This document shows, in pieces, positions 49,582 to 58,359 of a DNA stretch of 64,000 bases. Where the stretch lies: assembly GCA_024276825.1 (NCBI GenBank), contig JAJRWI010000079.1, positions 1 through 64,000 of the forward strand. Direction: 5' to 3'. This DNA is from an archaeon (GTDB lineage: Archaea; Asgardarchaeota; Thorarchaeia; Thorarchaeales; Thorarchaeaceae). Made by a program: the position numbers and the translations under genes. The number at the start of each line of letters is the position of its first letter. Position 1 is the first letter of the stretch. Under the pieces are notes generated by a model. It was not told the origin of the DNA. It saw only the letters and a program-made list of their open reading frames with translations, and searched no databases.

Positions 49582-50817
49582 TCAAAATCCGGGAATCTTC
49601 CACTGGCGAATACAATTAATGACCATATCAGGTGTGAAAGCTATTACATCGTCATAATCCTGGGCATTTTTACTTACAACCACTCGGGTCCTGATGTCGT
49701 CAGTCTTGGTCAAGAAGTTTGATATCTCGGTTTTATTAATCATGCCATGTTTCACTTCCACAGCAACAGCTGGTCGTCCTTTATGATCCACGAGAATACC
49801 ATCGATTTCAGGACTTGTTGAGTATATCACATATTTGTCAAGAATTCTTGCCAACAGACCGACTATGAAATCTTCATAACAGAGAGAATGAATTCTTGTC
49901 AAGTTTTTCTTTGCTGTTGCAAAAGATGGAGGGTTGTACTCGAGAGGATATTTATCAGATATGTAATAGAATACTGAAAAGATTGGCGATAACATTCGAT
50001 ATATGACCCCCTTGCGCTTGTAGAGTTTTAATTCCTTCAGAATTCCCATTCTTTGTAAATTACGAATATATGGTGCTATTGCCGAACTTGAGTTATGCTT
50101 GATAATCCCACGTGCATAAAGTAAAGATGCAATTTCTGGGGGTCTACCACGACCAGCTCCTATGCTTCTTGTAATTCCTTCATAAATAGCTGTGAGTTTT
50201 CGGTTCTCTTCAATAAAGACCTCTCCAACGAGTGATGGAATTGTCCAAGTAGCATGTGCAACAATGTTATACAAGTCACGAAGTATTGACTTACCACTCA
50301 TTAGTGGAATCAGCCATGGATCCCGAAGATAGACCATATAGTCAAGAAAAGATCCTGAACCTGCAAACTTGACCAAGTTGCGAGGGTGTATTAGTCCAAT
50401 TCGGACTTCCTTAACTAGACCCAGAAATGGAGAGCTTGTCCCTGTTATACTCTTAACCACTCCCATATTGGAGCCAGACAAGATTAATGTCCCAGAAGGA
50501 TGTGCAGTTGTTAGTTTTTCAATTGCTCCGTTTGGAAGCCGTTGAAATTCATCCAATATGACGGTTTTTCCGGTCCTCAGCGATTTTGAGATAAATTGGA
50601 CAAGTTCGTTAATATCTGGTAATCGATTGACCTCACCGCCATCAAGCCAAAAATTGCCATCTCTTGCTACTGTGATGTAATAGTCCCATTTACAGAAATT
50701 ACGGAGCATGAAAGTTTTGCCTATCTTGCGTCGTCCATAAACAAGAGTCCAGCTATTGCCAAGGCTGCTGGCTTCACTTCGATGAACTACAATATCAATT
50801 CCATAGAATTGACACAA
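49582..50817 (-). CDS. Archaeal ATPase with wHTH and C-terminal PD-(D/E)xK nuclease-like domain
   Basis: YGRRKIGKT, ILDEFQRL, LSGS, EIDG....AVEVK. Confidence 0.88.
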   Translation of the reverse strand: MCQFYGIDIVVHRSEASSLGNSWTLVYGRRKIGKTFMLRNFCKWDYYITVARDGNFWLDGGEVNRLPDINELVQFISKSLRTGKTVILDEFQRLPNGAIEKLTTAHPSGTLILSGSNMGVVKSITGTSSPFLGLVKEVRIGLIHPRNLVKFAGSGSFLDYMVYLRDPWLIPLMSGKSILRDLYNIVAHATWTIPSLVGEVFIEENRKLTAIYEGITRSIGAGRGRPPEIASLLYARGIIKHNSSSAIAPYIRNLQRMGILKELKLYKRKGVIYRMLSPIFSVFYYISDKYPLEYNPPSFATAKKNLTRIHSLCYEDFIVGLLARILDKYVIYSTSPEIDGILVDHKGRPAVAVEVKHGMINKTEISNFLTKTDDIRTRVVVSKNAQDYDDVIAFTPDMVINCIRQWKIPGF

Positions 50818-50829
50818 GCTGAAATAAAC

Positions 50830-50871
50830 TTAACTGCAGTTAGTTAATCGCGGTTAGTTAATAGTGGTTAA
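50830..50871. repeat. Three tandem 14-bp imperfect palindromes upstream of the ATPase gene
   Basis: TTAACTGCAGTTAG / TTAATCGCGGTTAG / TTAATAGTGGTTAA. Confidence 0.7.
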
Positions 50872-51179
50872 TAATTCGACCAGAAGCATTGGTAGTAATT
50901 GCACTTCAAGAACGGGACGTTTCATTATGCCTCATTGAATTTATGGGATTAATATCCAATTTCAATTGAAAAATAGCTCATCAGCTCTTTTGAGTCTATG
51001 CTACTCTTCAATAGTGATGATTGATGTTTAAAACCAATCTTGAACTTGGACCACCAATGTTTCTAGAGAAACTTGTTCTCATTATTCAGAAATAAGTGAT
51101 GCAATGACTCCTTCGAAGCCTTTATCAAATACTATTCAGGGAGAGCCACAAGCTTGGTCAACGACAGGCGGCTATTATA

Positions 51180-52148
51180 ATGAATGCTGATAAGAAGACA
51201 TTAGTAGACCTCTATAAACGCACTCTGAAGGTGCGGCTGTTTGAAGAGAAAGTATGGGACTTGTTCGGTCAGAATCTGATTCCAGGAACTCTACACTTGT
51301 ATCTTGGTCAGGAAGCAGTTGCAGCTGGAGTGACTGCTGCCCTAAAGAAGACAGATTGGATCCAGAGCACGCATAGAGGCCATGGACATGTTGTTGCCAA
51401 AGGCGCCAACATGAATGCTGCAATGGCAGAGTTGCTTGGAAAGAAGACAGGTTCGTGCAAAGGAAAGGGAGGATCGATGCACATCACACAGTTTGATGTG
51501 GGAGTGCTTGGTGCAACCGGAGTGGTTGCTTCAGGAATACCCATTGCAGTAGGAGCGGCTCTATCAGCCAAAATGAGAAAGGCCAATGAGGTTGTTGCAT
51601 GCTTCTTTGGTGATGGTGCCTCAAACAACGGGACATTTGGTGAATCATTGAACATGGCTGCCATCTGGAAGCTTCCAGTGATCTTCATTGTTGAGAACAA
51701 CCTGTATGCCATGGGAACACCAATTAAATTGACGTGCCCAAGTCAAGACATTGCCGCACGTGCTGAGGGCTATTGCATTCCAAGTACTGTCGTTGATGGA
51801 AACAATGCTCTAGAAGTCTATGAGGCCACAGTTAAGGCTGTTGAACGTGCGAGAAAGGGAGAAGGTCCCTCATTGATTGAGTGCAAGACCTACAGAATGC
51901 GGGGGCATTCACGGTTTGATCCCGCAAAGTATAGACCACCTGAAGAGGTCGAGTTCTGGATGAGCAAGGATGCAGTTGAGATAATCAAAAAGATAGCAAT
52001 TGAGAATGGAGCATTGACCGAGAAAGAAACAGAAAAGATTAGGAACAAGTTGCAGAAGGAGGTCGACAAGGCCGCCGATTTTGCAATCAAGTCCGACTAT
52101 CCAGCACCAGAAGAGGCACTGGAGGACGTCTTTGCGGAGGTGAACTAG
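51180..52148 (+). CDS. Acetoin/pyruvate dehydrogenase E1 alpha
   Basis: HLYLGQEA, HRGHGH, GKGGSMH, GDGA..N TPP motif, TYR..GH. Confidence 0.93.
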   Translation: MNADKKTLVDLYKRTLKVRLFEEKVWDLFGQNLIPGTLHLYLGQEAVAAGVTAALKKTDWIQSTHRGHGHVVAKGANMNAAMAELLGKKTGSCKGKGGSMHITQFDVGVLGATGVVASGIPIAVGAALSAKMRKANEVVACFFGDGASNNGTFGESLNMAAIWKLPVIFIVENNLYAMGTPIKLTCPSQDIAARAEGYCIPSTVVDGNNALEVYEATVKAVERARKGEGPSLIECKTYRMRGHSRFDPAKYRPPEEVEFWMSKDAVEIIKKIAIENGALTEKETEKIRNKLQKEVDKAADFAIKSDYPAPEEALEDVFAEVN

Positions 52149-52149
52149 A

Positions 52150-53124
52150 ATGCCAGAGATGACTTACAGAGAGGCCTTGAAGCAGGGACTGCGAGAGGAG
52201 ATGCAAAGAGATGAACGTGTATTCCTCATGGGTGAAGACATTGGTCTGAACTGGGGAGGAGCGTTTAAGGTCACCAAGGGTCTTGCGGAGGAGTTTGGGG
52301 TTGAACGCGTACGAGACACTCCAATCTCGGAGAACACTATTGTTGGAGCTGCTGTGGGTGCTGCAATCACAGGACTTCGTCCAGTGGCAGAGATCATGTT
52401 TGGAGACCTCATCACGTTAGCCATGGATCAAGTATGCAACCAAGCCGCAAAGATGCACTACATGTTTGGAGGACAGAGGTCAGTCCCAATGGTCATCAGG
52501 ACAGTATTTGGAGGAGGCAAGAATATTGCATCACATCACTCCCAGAGCCTTGAGGCGTGGTTCATGCACACACCCGGCTTGAAGATAGCGGTCCCAGCTT
52601 TTGCTTATGATGTGAAAGGACTGATCAAGACGGCAATCAGAGACCCAAATCCAGTGATGTTCTTTGAGCACAAACTCGTGTATGACAAGAAGGAAGAGGT
52701 CCCTGAAGAGGAGTATCTCATTCCATTTGGTGAGGCAAAGATTCGTAGAGAGGGGGCTGATGTCACAGTGTGGGGCACATTCATCATGGTGCACAAGTCC
52801 CTCGAGGTAGCAGAAGAACTCGCCAAAGAAGGGATCAGTGTAGAAGTGATTGATCCAAGAACTCTCGCACCACTTGATAAGAAGACATTAATCGAGTCTG
52901 TTAAAAAGACTGGACGGCTTGTGGTCGTTAGCGAAGAAACAAAAACAGGAGCAGTCACTGCAGAGATTGCTGCAATGGTCCAAGAGGAGGCTTTTGACTG
53001 GCTGGATGCCCCAGTCAAACGAGTGAACGCGCCCGACACACCTGTACCGTTCAGCCCACCGCTGGAGAACTTTTTCATTCCTGATAAGGAGCGAATTGCC
53101 AGGGCCATCAGAGAGATTGTATAG
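52150..53124 (+). CDS. Acetoin/pyruvate dehydrogenase E1 beta
   Basis: GEDIG, DTPISE, EIMFGD, HSQ, FEHK. Confidence 0.93.
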   Translation: MPEMTYREALKQGLREEMQRDERVFLMGEDIGLNWGGAFKVTKGLAEEFGVERVRDTPISENTIVGAAVGAAITGLRPVAEIMFGDLITLAMDQVCNQAAKMHYMFGGQRSVPMVIRTVFGGGKNIASHHSQSLEAWFMHTPGLKIAVPAFAYDVKGLIKTAIRDPNPVMFFEHKLVYDKKEEVPEEEYLIPFGEAKIRREGADVTVWGTFIMVHKSLEVAEELAKEGISVEVIDPRTLAPLDKKTLIESVKKTGRLVVVSEETKTGAVTAEIAAMVQEEAFDWLDAPVKRVNAPDTPVPFSPPLENFFIPDKERIARAIREIV

Positions 53125-53137
53125 GAGACCCATCACA

Positions 53138-54382
53138 ATGGTCACAATCATGATCATGCAACGGATGAGTGTTGCAATGGAGTATGGCGTCATCCTCAAA
53201 TGGCTCAAGAAAGAGGGTGACAAGGTAAAGAAGGGAGAGCCAGTAGTTGAGATATTTGGTGAGAAGAACGAGTTTGAACTCGAGGCCCCTGCAGATGGCA
53301 TCCTGCTCAAGATTCTGTGTGAGGTTGACGATGAGATTCCTATCAGTGAACCAATTGCCATCATTGGCGAGAAGGGAGAGGAGATTCCAGATATCAGACC
53401 AAAAGTGCTCAATGCTCCAAAACAGCAGACAACCACGGCACCAACAATAGCTCCCGCAGAAGTCGTTCAGAGAGAACCACCAAGGATTCGGACGCCTACA
53501 ACAAGAACAACAACATCGGTTCTTTCAACCGGTAGAATCAAGGCATCACCAAGGGCAAGGAAGAAGGCTCGTGAACTCGGCATCGATCTTTCCACTGTTG
53601 TCGGGACGGGACCAGATGGAAGAATAGTTGAACGTGATGTGATTGCAGCTCAGACTACCACTGCCACACCGATAAGTGTCAATCTTGATAGGAATGTGAG
53701 AGCGGTGGAAGCCCTTACACCACTGCGCAGGACAATTGCAAGAAGGATGACTCAGAGCTCTCATAATCCACATATTACAATGATCACCGAGATCGACATG
53801 ACCGAGGTTGTTGCGCTTAGGGAGGAGATAAATGAGCGTACCGAACGAGAGCTTGGGATCAGGGTTTCGTTTAATGATATCATAGTCAAGGCGGTTGCTG
53901 ATGTCCTTGAGAGGTTTCCCAGGTTTAATGCCACACTTGTCGGAAATGAGCTGCACATGTTTGAGGATATTAACATAGGTGTTGCTATGGCTACTGATAA
54001 CGGCCTTTTGGTGCCTGTGGTGAGAGATGCCAACAAGAAATCTATCACCGAGATCGCAAAGGAAACCAAGGAGCTTGGTCGTAGAGCAAGGAACAACAAG
54101 CTAAAGCCTGAAGAACTCTCAGGCAGCACTTTTACTGTGTCGAACCTAGGACCTTTCAAGGTTGACCTGTTTATCCCTGTGATCAATCCGCCAGAAACCG
54201 CAATACTCGCATTGGGCCAGATAAAGAAGAAGCCTGTTGTAATTAATGACATGATTGCGATAAGGAGTATGATGATGGCTAGTTGTGCGGTTGATCATAG
54301 AGTACTTGATGGCGCCCCTGCAGGACGGTTCCTTCAGGCCTTAAAGGAAACACTTGAAAACCCGTTCTTCATGAAAATCTAG
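53138..54382 (+). CDS. Dihydrolipoamide acyltransferase E2
   Basis: Lipoyl domain (GEKNE), ASPRARK E1/E3-binding domain, DHRVLDG; start refined to 53138. Confidence 0.93.
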   Translation: MVTIMIMQRMSVAMEYGVILKWLKKEGDKVKKGEPVVEIFGEKNEFELEAPADGILLKILCEVDDEIPISEPIAIIGEKGEEIPDIRPKVLNAPKQQTTTAPTIAPAEVVQREPPRIRTPTTRTTTSVLSTGRIKASPRARKKARELGIDLSTVVGTGPDGRIVERDVIAAQTTTATPISVNLDRNVRAVEALTPLRRTIARRMTQSSHNPHITMITEIDMTEVVALREEINERTERELGIRVSFNDIIVKAVADVLERFPRFNATLVGNELHMFEDINIGVAMATDNGLLVPVVRDANKKSITEIAKETKELGRRARNNKLKPEELSGSTFTVSNLGPFKVDLFIPVINPPETAILALGQIKKKPVVINDMIAIRSMMMASCAVDHRVLDGAPAGRFLQALKETLENPFFMKI

Positions 54383-54493
54383 GCTCTGCTGGAACGAAAA
54401 TGAGTGATGGGAATCATTCAAGGAGGTCGTTTAACCAGTAATATTGAGGTATATCACCTGATAATAGAGTAAAATAATATATAAGCAGAACTA

Positions 54494-55318
54494 GTGAAGT
54501 ATACAGTGGGACAACATATGACTTGGCGTGTGATTGAGACCTCTGAGATGGATATATTCAGAAATCTTGCCATCGAGGAGGCTCTTGCAAAAGTCAACGC
54601 CGAATCAGAAGAGAAAGAATGTACGCTGAGGTTCTGGCAGTCAAATCCTGCAGTTGTAATGGGCCGTTTTCAATGTACGCACCTTGAACTCAATATTGAT
54701 TATTGCAGAGAAAATGGAATACCTATCGCGCGAAGATTCACAGGAGGAGGTACGGTGTACCATGATAAGGGAAACCTCAACATTACACTCTGCATGGACC
54801 AGAGCAGGCCCTATGTGTCGCGTACTCTTACTGAACTATATTGGAACTTCTTTGGAGCCATAGCCAACGCCTTGAGAAAGATCAAAGTGCCGGCATACTA
54901 TGATTCGGACAGACAATGTTTGAGAATAAATGGAAGAAAGATCACAGGTACAGCAGGTTGGCTCAAAAGGGGAGTATCATTCATTCATGGAACTCTATTA
55001 ATAGACTCAGACTTGCAACTCCTCAACAATTGCTTGCATGTCCCACCAAATCAGAAGGAGTATTATCGCAGTCAATCAAGGATACGATGTAAGCCTAGTA
55101 AACGCGATGTGGTCACGGTCATCACAAAAGAGGTTGGGATAAGTCCTTCTTTGAGTGAGATAAAGCGGGCAATCAGTGAACAACTTGCCAAAATCACTGA
55201 AGAAAAATTTGAGATTGGTGAACTCACTCAGGAAGAGATTGATGTAGCAGAGGCCTTATATCAGACTCGCTATAGTCAAGAAGAGTGGAACATGGGTATT
55301 CCAGCCAATAGCGAATGA
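54494..55318 (+). CDS. lplA: Lipoate-protein ligase catalytic domain
   Basis: NLAIEE, RRFTGGGTVYHD.GN, KITG, HGTLL, WN. Confidence 0.9.
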   Translation: MKYTVGQHMTWRVIETSEMDIFRNLAIEEALAKVNAESEEKECTLRFWQSNPAVVMGRFQCTHLELNIDYCRENGIPIARRFTGGGTVYHDKGNLNITLCMDQSRPYVSRTLTELYWNFFGAIANALRKIKVPAYYDSDRQCLRINGRKITGTAGWLKRGVSFIHGTLLIDSDLQLLNNCLHVPPNQKEYYRSQSRIRCKPSKRDVVTVITKEVGISPSLSEIKRAISEQLAKITEEKFEIGELTQEEIDVAEALYQTRYSQEEWNMGIPANSE

Positions 55319-55333
55319 TGGAGACTGTGAGAA

Positions 55334-55687
55334 TTGGCAGATCATGAGGTTGAAAAGATTCTAAAGAGTTTCATGCGACATTATGGAGCGCTCAATCGTG
55401 ACATTCCTGAAACAAGGAATGCATTTTCAGACTTATTGAAGACTGTACATAAAGACGGAGCTCTCCCGGCCAAGTTTAAGGAGATCATCTGCATTGTGGC
55501 CTCTGTGCTTGCACCCTGTGACTCGTGTATTGTCTATCATGTCAAACAGGCATTGACAGCAGGAGCCACAAGGGAAGAGATTATGGAGGCATGTGGTGTG
55601 GCCATTGTTATGGGCGGAGGACCAGCAGCAGCTCACCTCGCCCTTGTTCAAGATGCCCTTGATGAGTGGGCACCAAGAAAGAAGTGA
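55334..55687 (+). CDS. Carboxymuconolactone decarboxylase / AhpD-like protein
   Basis: KEIICIVASVLAPCDSCIVYH...GATREEI.E. Confidence 0.9.
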   Translation: MADHEVEKILKSFMRHYGALNRDIPETRNAFSDLLKTVHKDGALPAKFKEIICIVASVLAPCDSCIVYHVKQALTAGATREEIMEACGVAIVMGGGPAAAHLALVQDALDEWAPRKK

Positions 55688-55741
55688 GGGAGAGAATAAT
55701 CTCTCCAATCCATTTTTCCATATGAATTGTTATTTTAGCGT

Positions 55742-56092
55742 TCATTCAAAAGTCCGAACACATAGGAATTTGGCGGGGGACGCGCCATCATTGATGAACT
55801 GATGAGGCTCATTACTAGCTATGTGAATGACATCTCCCCGTTTCAGAGTAATCATCTCGTTACCGACCTTTACACGAATACTGCCTGACATCATATAGAC
55901 GCCATGCTCATGTTCATGAGTGTCATAGGAAGTATGACCTCCAGGCTGAATAATGTAGCACCGCATAGCAAACTTCTGTGACGAGTTGTCGGGATTAAGC
56001 AGCCGATGCCATAGCACACCAGTTATACCTTCTGCCATATATAGTTCATATTCAGACGCAGGAACATCTCTTGTGAGATACATGATTACCAC
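55742..56092 (-). CDS. Cupin domain protein
   Basis: PGG...HEHEH...G, GDVIHI..NEPH. Confidence 0.88.
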   Translation of the reverse strand: MVIMYLTRDVPASEYELYMAEGITGVLWHRLLNPDNSSQKFAMRCYIIQPGGHTSYDTHEHEHGVYMMSGSIRVKVGNEMITLKRGDVIHIASNEPHQFINDGASPAKFLCVRTFE

Positions 56093-56097
56093 CAGGA

Positions 56098-57141
56098 TTA
56101 GCTAAGATCTGTGAATAGAACCTTGATTGCCTTCTGGGTTTCCATCAACTCGAAGCCATCATCCCACTCATCAAGAGAGAGTCTGTGAGTAATGAGTGGG
56201 TTCACATCAATCTGACCACTGGCCATCATCTGAAGCGTAATCACCCAAGACGAAGGTATTGTCCCCCAAGTGCCCCCCATGGTGAGCTCCTTCTCAATCA
56301 TTGTGTCTATATTAATATCTGTAGGGCTACCTTGAACTCCAAGTATCGATATATGTCCAGTAGTCTTCACAAATTCCATGGCCTGCCTTCGTGCCGCAGC
56401 AGATCCTGAGGCCTCTATGACAACATCAGCACCATCAGCAATAGAAACACCCTGTACAATCTCAACAGCATCAGGTGAGGTTTGTACATCAATCGTCAGG
56501 TCAGCCCCTGTCTTCTTGGCAATATCAAGGCGCCAACTGTCAGCACTTGTTCCTGTCACTATGACCTTTCCAGCACCCATTGCACGAGCGACTTGAGCTG
56601 CCAACAGGCCCATGGTACCAGGACCCTGAACTACAACGACATCACCAGGAAAAATGGGAGTAGACTCTACGACAGAATGAACAACACAGGCAGTTGGTTC
56701 TGCCAAAGCGGCCTCTTCAAGTGATAGTCTATCGGGAACTTTGTGAATAATGTACTCTGGAGCAACAAGATACTTTGCAAAAGCTCCATCGGCCAATGAA
56801 ACCCCGAGGATTCTCTTGTTCTTTGCAGTGCATCTGTTCACATGGCCCATCTTACACTGATAGCAACGACCGCAATATGCGGTGGCGGGGGAAACCACTC
56901 TATCACCCACTTCAATGTCTTGAACATTGCTCCCCACCTCAACAACAGTGCCTGCATACTCGTGACCAAGAACAACAGGAGGTGTGTAAAAGGAGTGATC
57001 ATGTTTTATGTGAATGTCAGTGCCGCAGATGCCTGCAGCAGCGACTTCAACTTTGACCTCATTTGGCCCCGGCGTCGGTTCATCAACATCCATGAGTTCG
57101 ATATTTCCAACACCACGGTTCTTCTTCACAAGACCTCTCAT
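56098..57141 (-). CDS. Zn-dependent medium-chain dehydrogenase (threonine/sorbitol DH-like)
   Basis: CGTDIH, GHE, CGRCYQC...C, GPGTMG. Confidence 0.92.
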   Translation of the reverse strand: MRGLVKKNRGVGNIELMDVDEPTPGPNEVKVEVAAAGICGTDIHIKHDHSFYTPPVVLGHEYAGTVVEVGSNVQDIEVGDRVVSPATAYCGRCYQCKMGHVNRCTAKNKRILGVSLADGAFAKYLVAPEYIIHKVPDRLSLEEAALAEPTACVVHSVVESTPIFPGDVVVVQGPGTMGLLAAQVARAMGAGKVIVTGTSADSWRLDIAKKTGADLTIDVQTSPDAVEIVQGVSIADGADVVIEASGSAAARRQAMEFVKTTGHISILGVQGSPTDINIDTMIEKELTMGGTWGTIPSSWVITLQMMASGQIDVNPLITHRLSLDEWDDGFELMETQKAIKVLFTDLS

Positions 57142-57199
57142 TTCTGATCCTCTTGATGACTGAAGAGGCAGGTTCTAAGAATCTTGCGGAAGTGAATTG

Positions 57200-57469
57200 T
57201 TACTTGATAATGTTGAGAAATGTCTGTGGTTCTTCACCCTCATCAAGAGGTCTGACCTTGAACTGAGGACCATATTGCCCTCTGAGTCTTGATGCAACTT
57301 GAGCGCCAACGAACTTCTCTCGAACGCCTGTCTTCTTGCCTTTCCAGAGGAATATTGATTGGGAACGTTCATCCACGATGCAATAGGCCTTGGTGGACTC
57401 TAGGACATTATATGAAACTTCAATCTCCTCGTGTGTGCCATCAGGATGGATTTCGAATCCAACTATCAT
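57200..57469 (-). CDS. Single gelsolin/villin-like domain protein
   Basis: LESTKAYCIVD....IFLWKGK.....EK..G...A......DEGEEPQTF; start refined to ATG 57469 (AGGAG upstream). Confidence 0.8.
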   Translation of the reverse strand: MIVGFEIHPDGTHEEIEVSYNVLESTKAYCIVDERSQSIFLWKGKKTGVREKFVGAQVASRLRGQYGPQFKVRPLDEGEEPQTFLNIIK

Positions 57470-57551
57470 TAGAGAAGGGCTCCTGTGGTGAAACATGCTT
57501 TGGTTCATGGTTGTTGTATCATGTCATTTCTTAAGAACTCGTATAATACAA

Positions 57552-57902
57552 TCAGACCTCTTCAAAAGTCGCCCTGACGACAGCACCACAATATGAGCAT
57601 TTTGCCTCCAATGGCCCGACCCAGTCAATGGTCTCATGACTGAGAGCTGCACCGCATGAAGGGCATTTAGTGGGTATTCGTACGGTTCTAATCCCTGAAC
57701 CATCAGCGCGGGTTCGCGATCTGTAGGATTCAGGTATAGCAAATTCAGGTGCTTCAAGAGTCATTGTTCTTCCAGCAGCCTTGCAGATTTTCACAAAGAC
57801 TACTACAACAATGATGATCATTAGGATCGGCACAATCATGAATATGATTGTGATTGCCCCGAATATTGAGAATATCCCGAAGGGATCGAAACCAATTTGC
57901 AT
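57552..57902 (-). CDS. TM-anchored zinc-ribbon protein
   Basis: N-terminal TM; CPSCGA...CSYCG. Confidence 0.75.
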   Translation of the reverse strand: MQIGFDPFGIFSIFGAITIIFMIVPILMIIIVVVVFVKICKAAGRTMTLEAPEFAIPESYRSRTRADGSGIRTVRIPTKCPSCGAALSHETIDWVGPLEAKCSYCGAVVRATFEEV

Positions 57903-58018
57903 GCGTATTCCTCGTTGCTTGGTGTGTGTGTTTTCAAATTAATTTGCTTATTACTTTTAAGGATGGCGTGGTTCGCCAAGGTTCACTTTGTGATTAGATA
58001 CATGAAAATACAGCACAT

Positions 58019-58202
58019 GGGGTTGCGCACAGATGCTGAGAAATGGGACAAACTTGGACACTCTTCAAATAAATGTTTGATAGAACCCTTGAAAAATGTA
58101 GGAGCTTGAATTGTGTGACACATACAAGAGAAAAGCAGTCCTGTGCCGTTCCAGGAAGGACTGGACTCTGATGTCCAAGAATGCCCAACTTACAATGAAC
58201 GG
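58019..58202 (+). repeat. Diverged copy of dispersed repeat
   Basis: GGGGTTGCGCACAGATGC...TGCCGTTCCAGGAAGGACTGGAC...CCAACTTACAATGAACGG. Confidence 0.8.
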
Positions 58203-58359
58203 TTTCAACCGACATGAGAATCAAAAATGCTGGATATCAAGTCATGCCATTTTTTTAGAAAAAATGTGGTGTCAATTAATGAATAACTCATAGGAGCATA
58301 TATTAAGTCATTATAAGTCGTATATAGTATAATGCGTCAGACTTTCGGGGTCTTTTGAA

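Noticed and set aside
38915-58202. Dispersed repeats as a CRISPR array
   Set aside because: Copies are kilobases apart and 90-190 bp long, with no repeat-spacer periodicity and no cas genes.
57897-58293. Short ORFs over the 58019 repeat
   Set aside because: Chance ORFs within a non-coding repeat copy.
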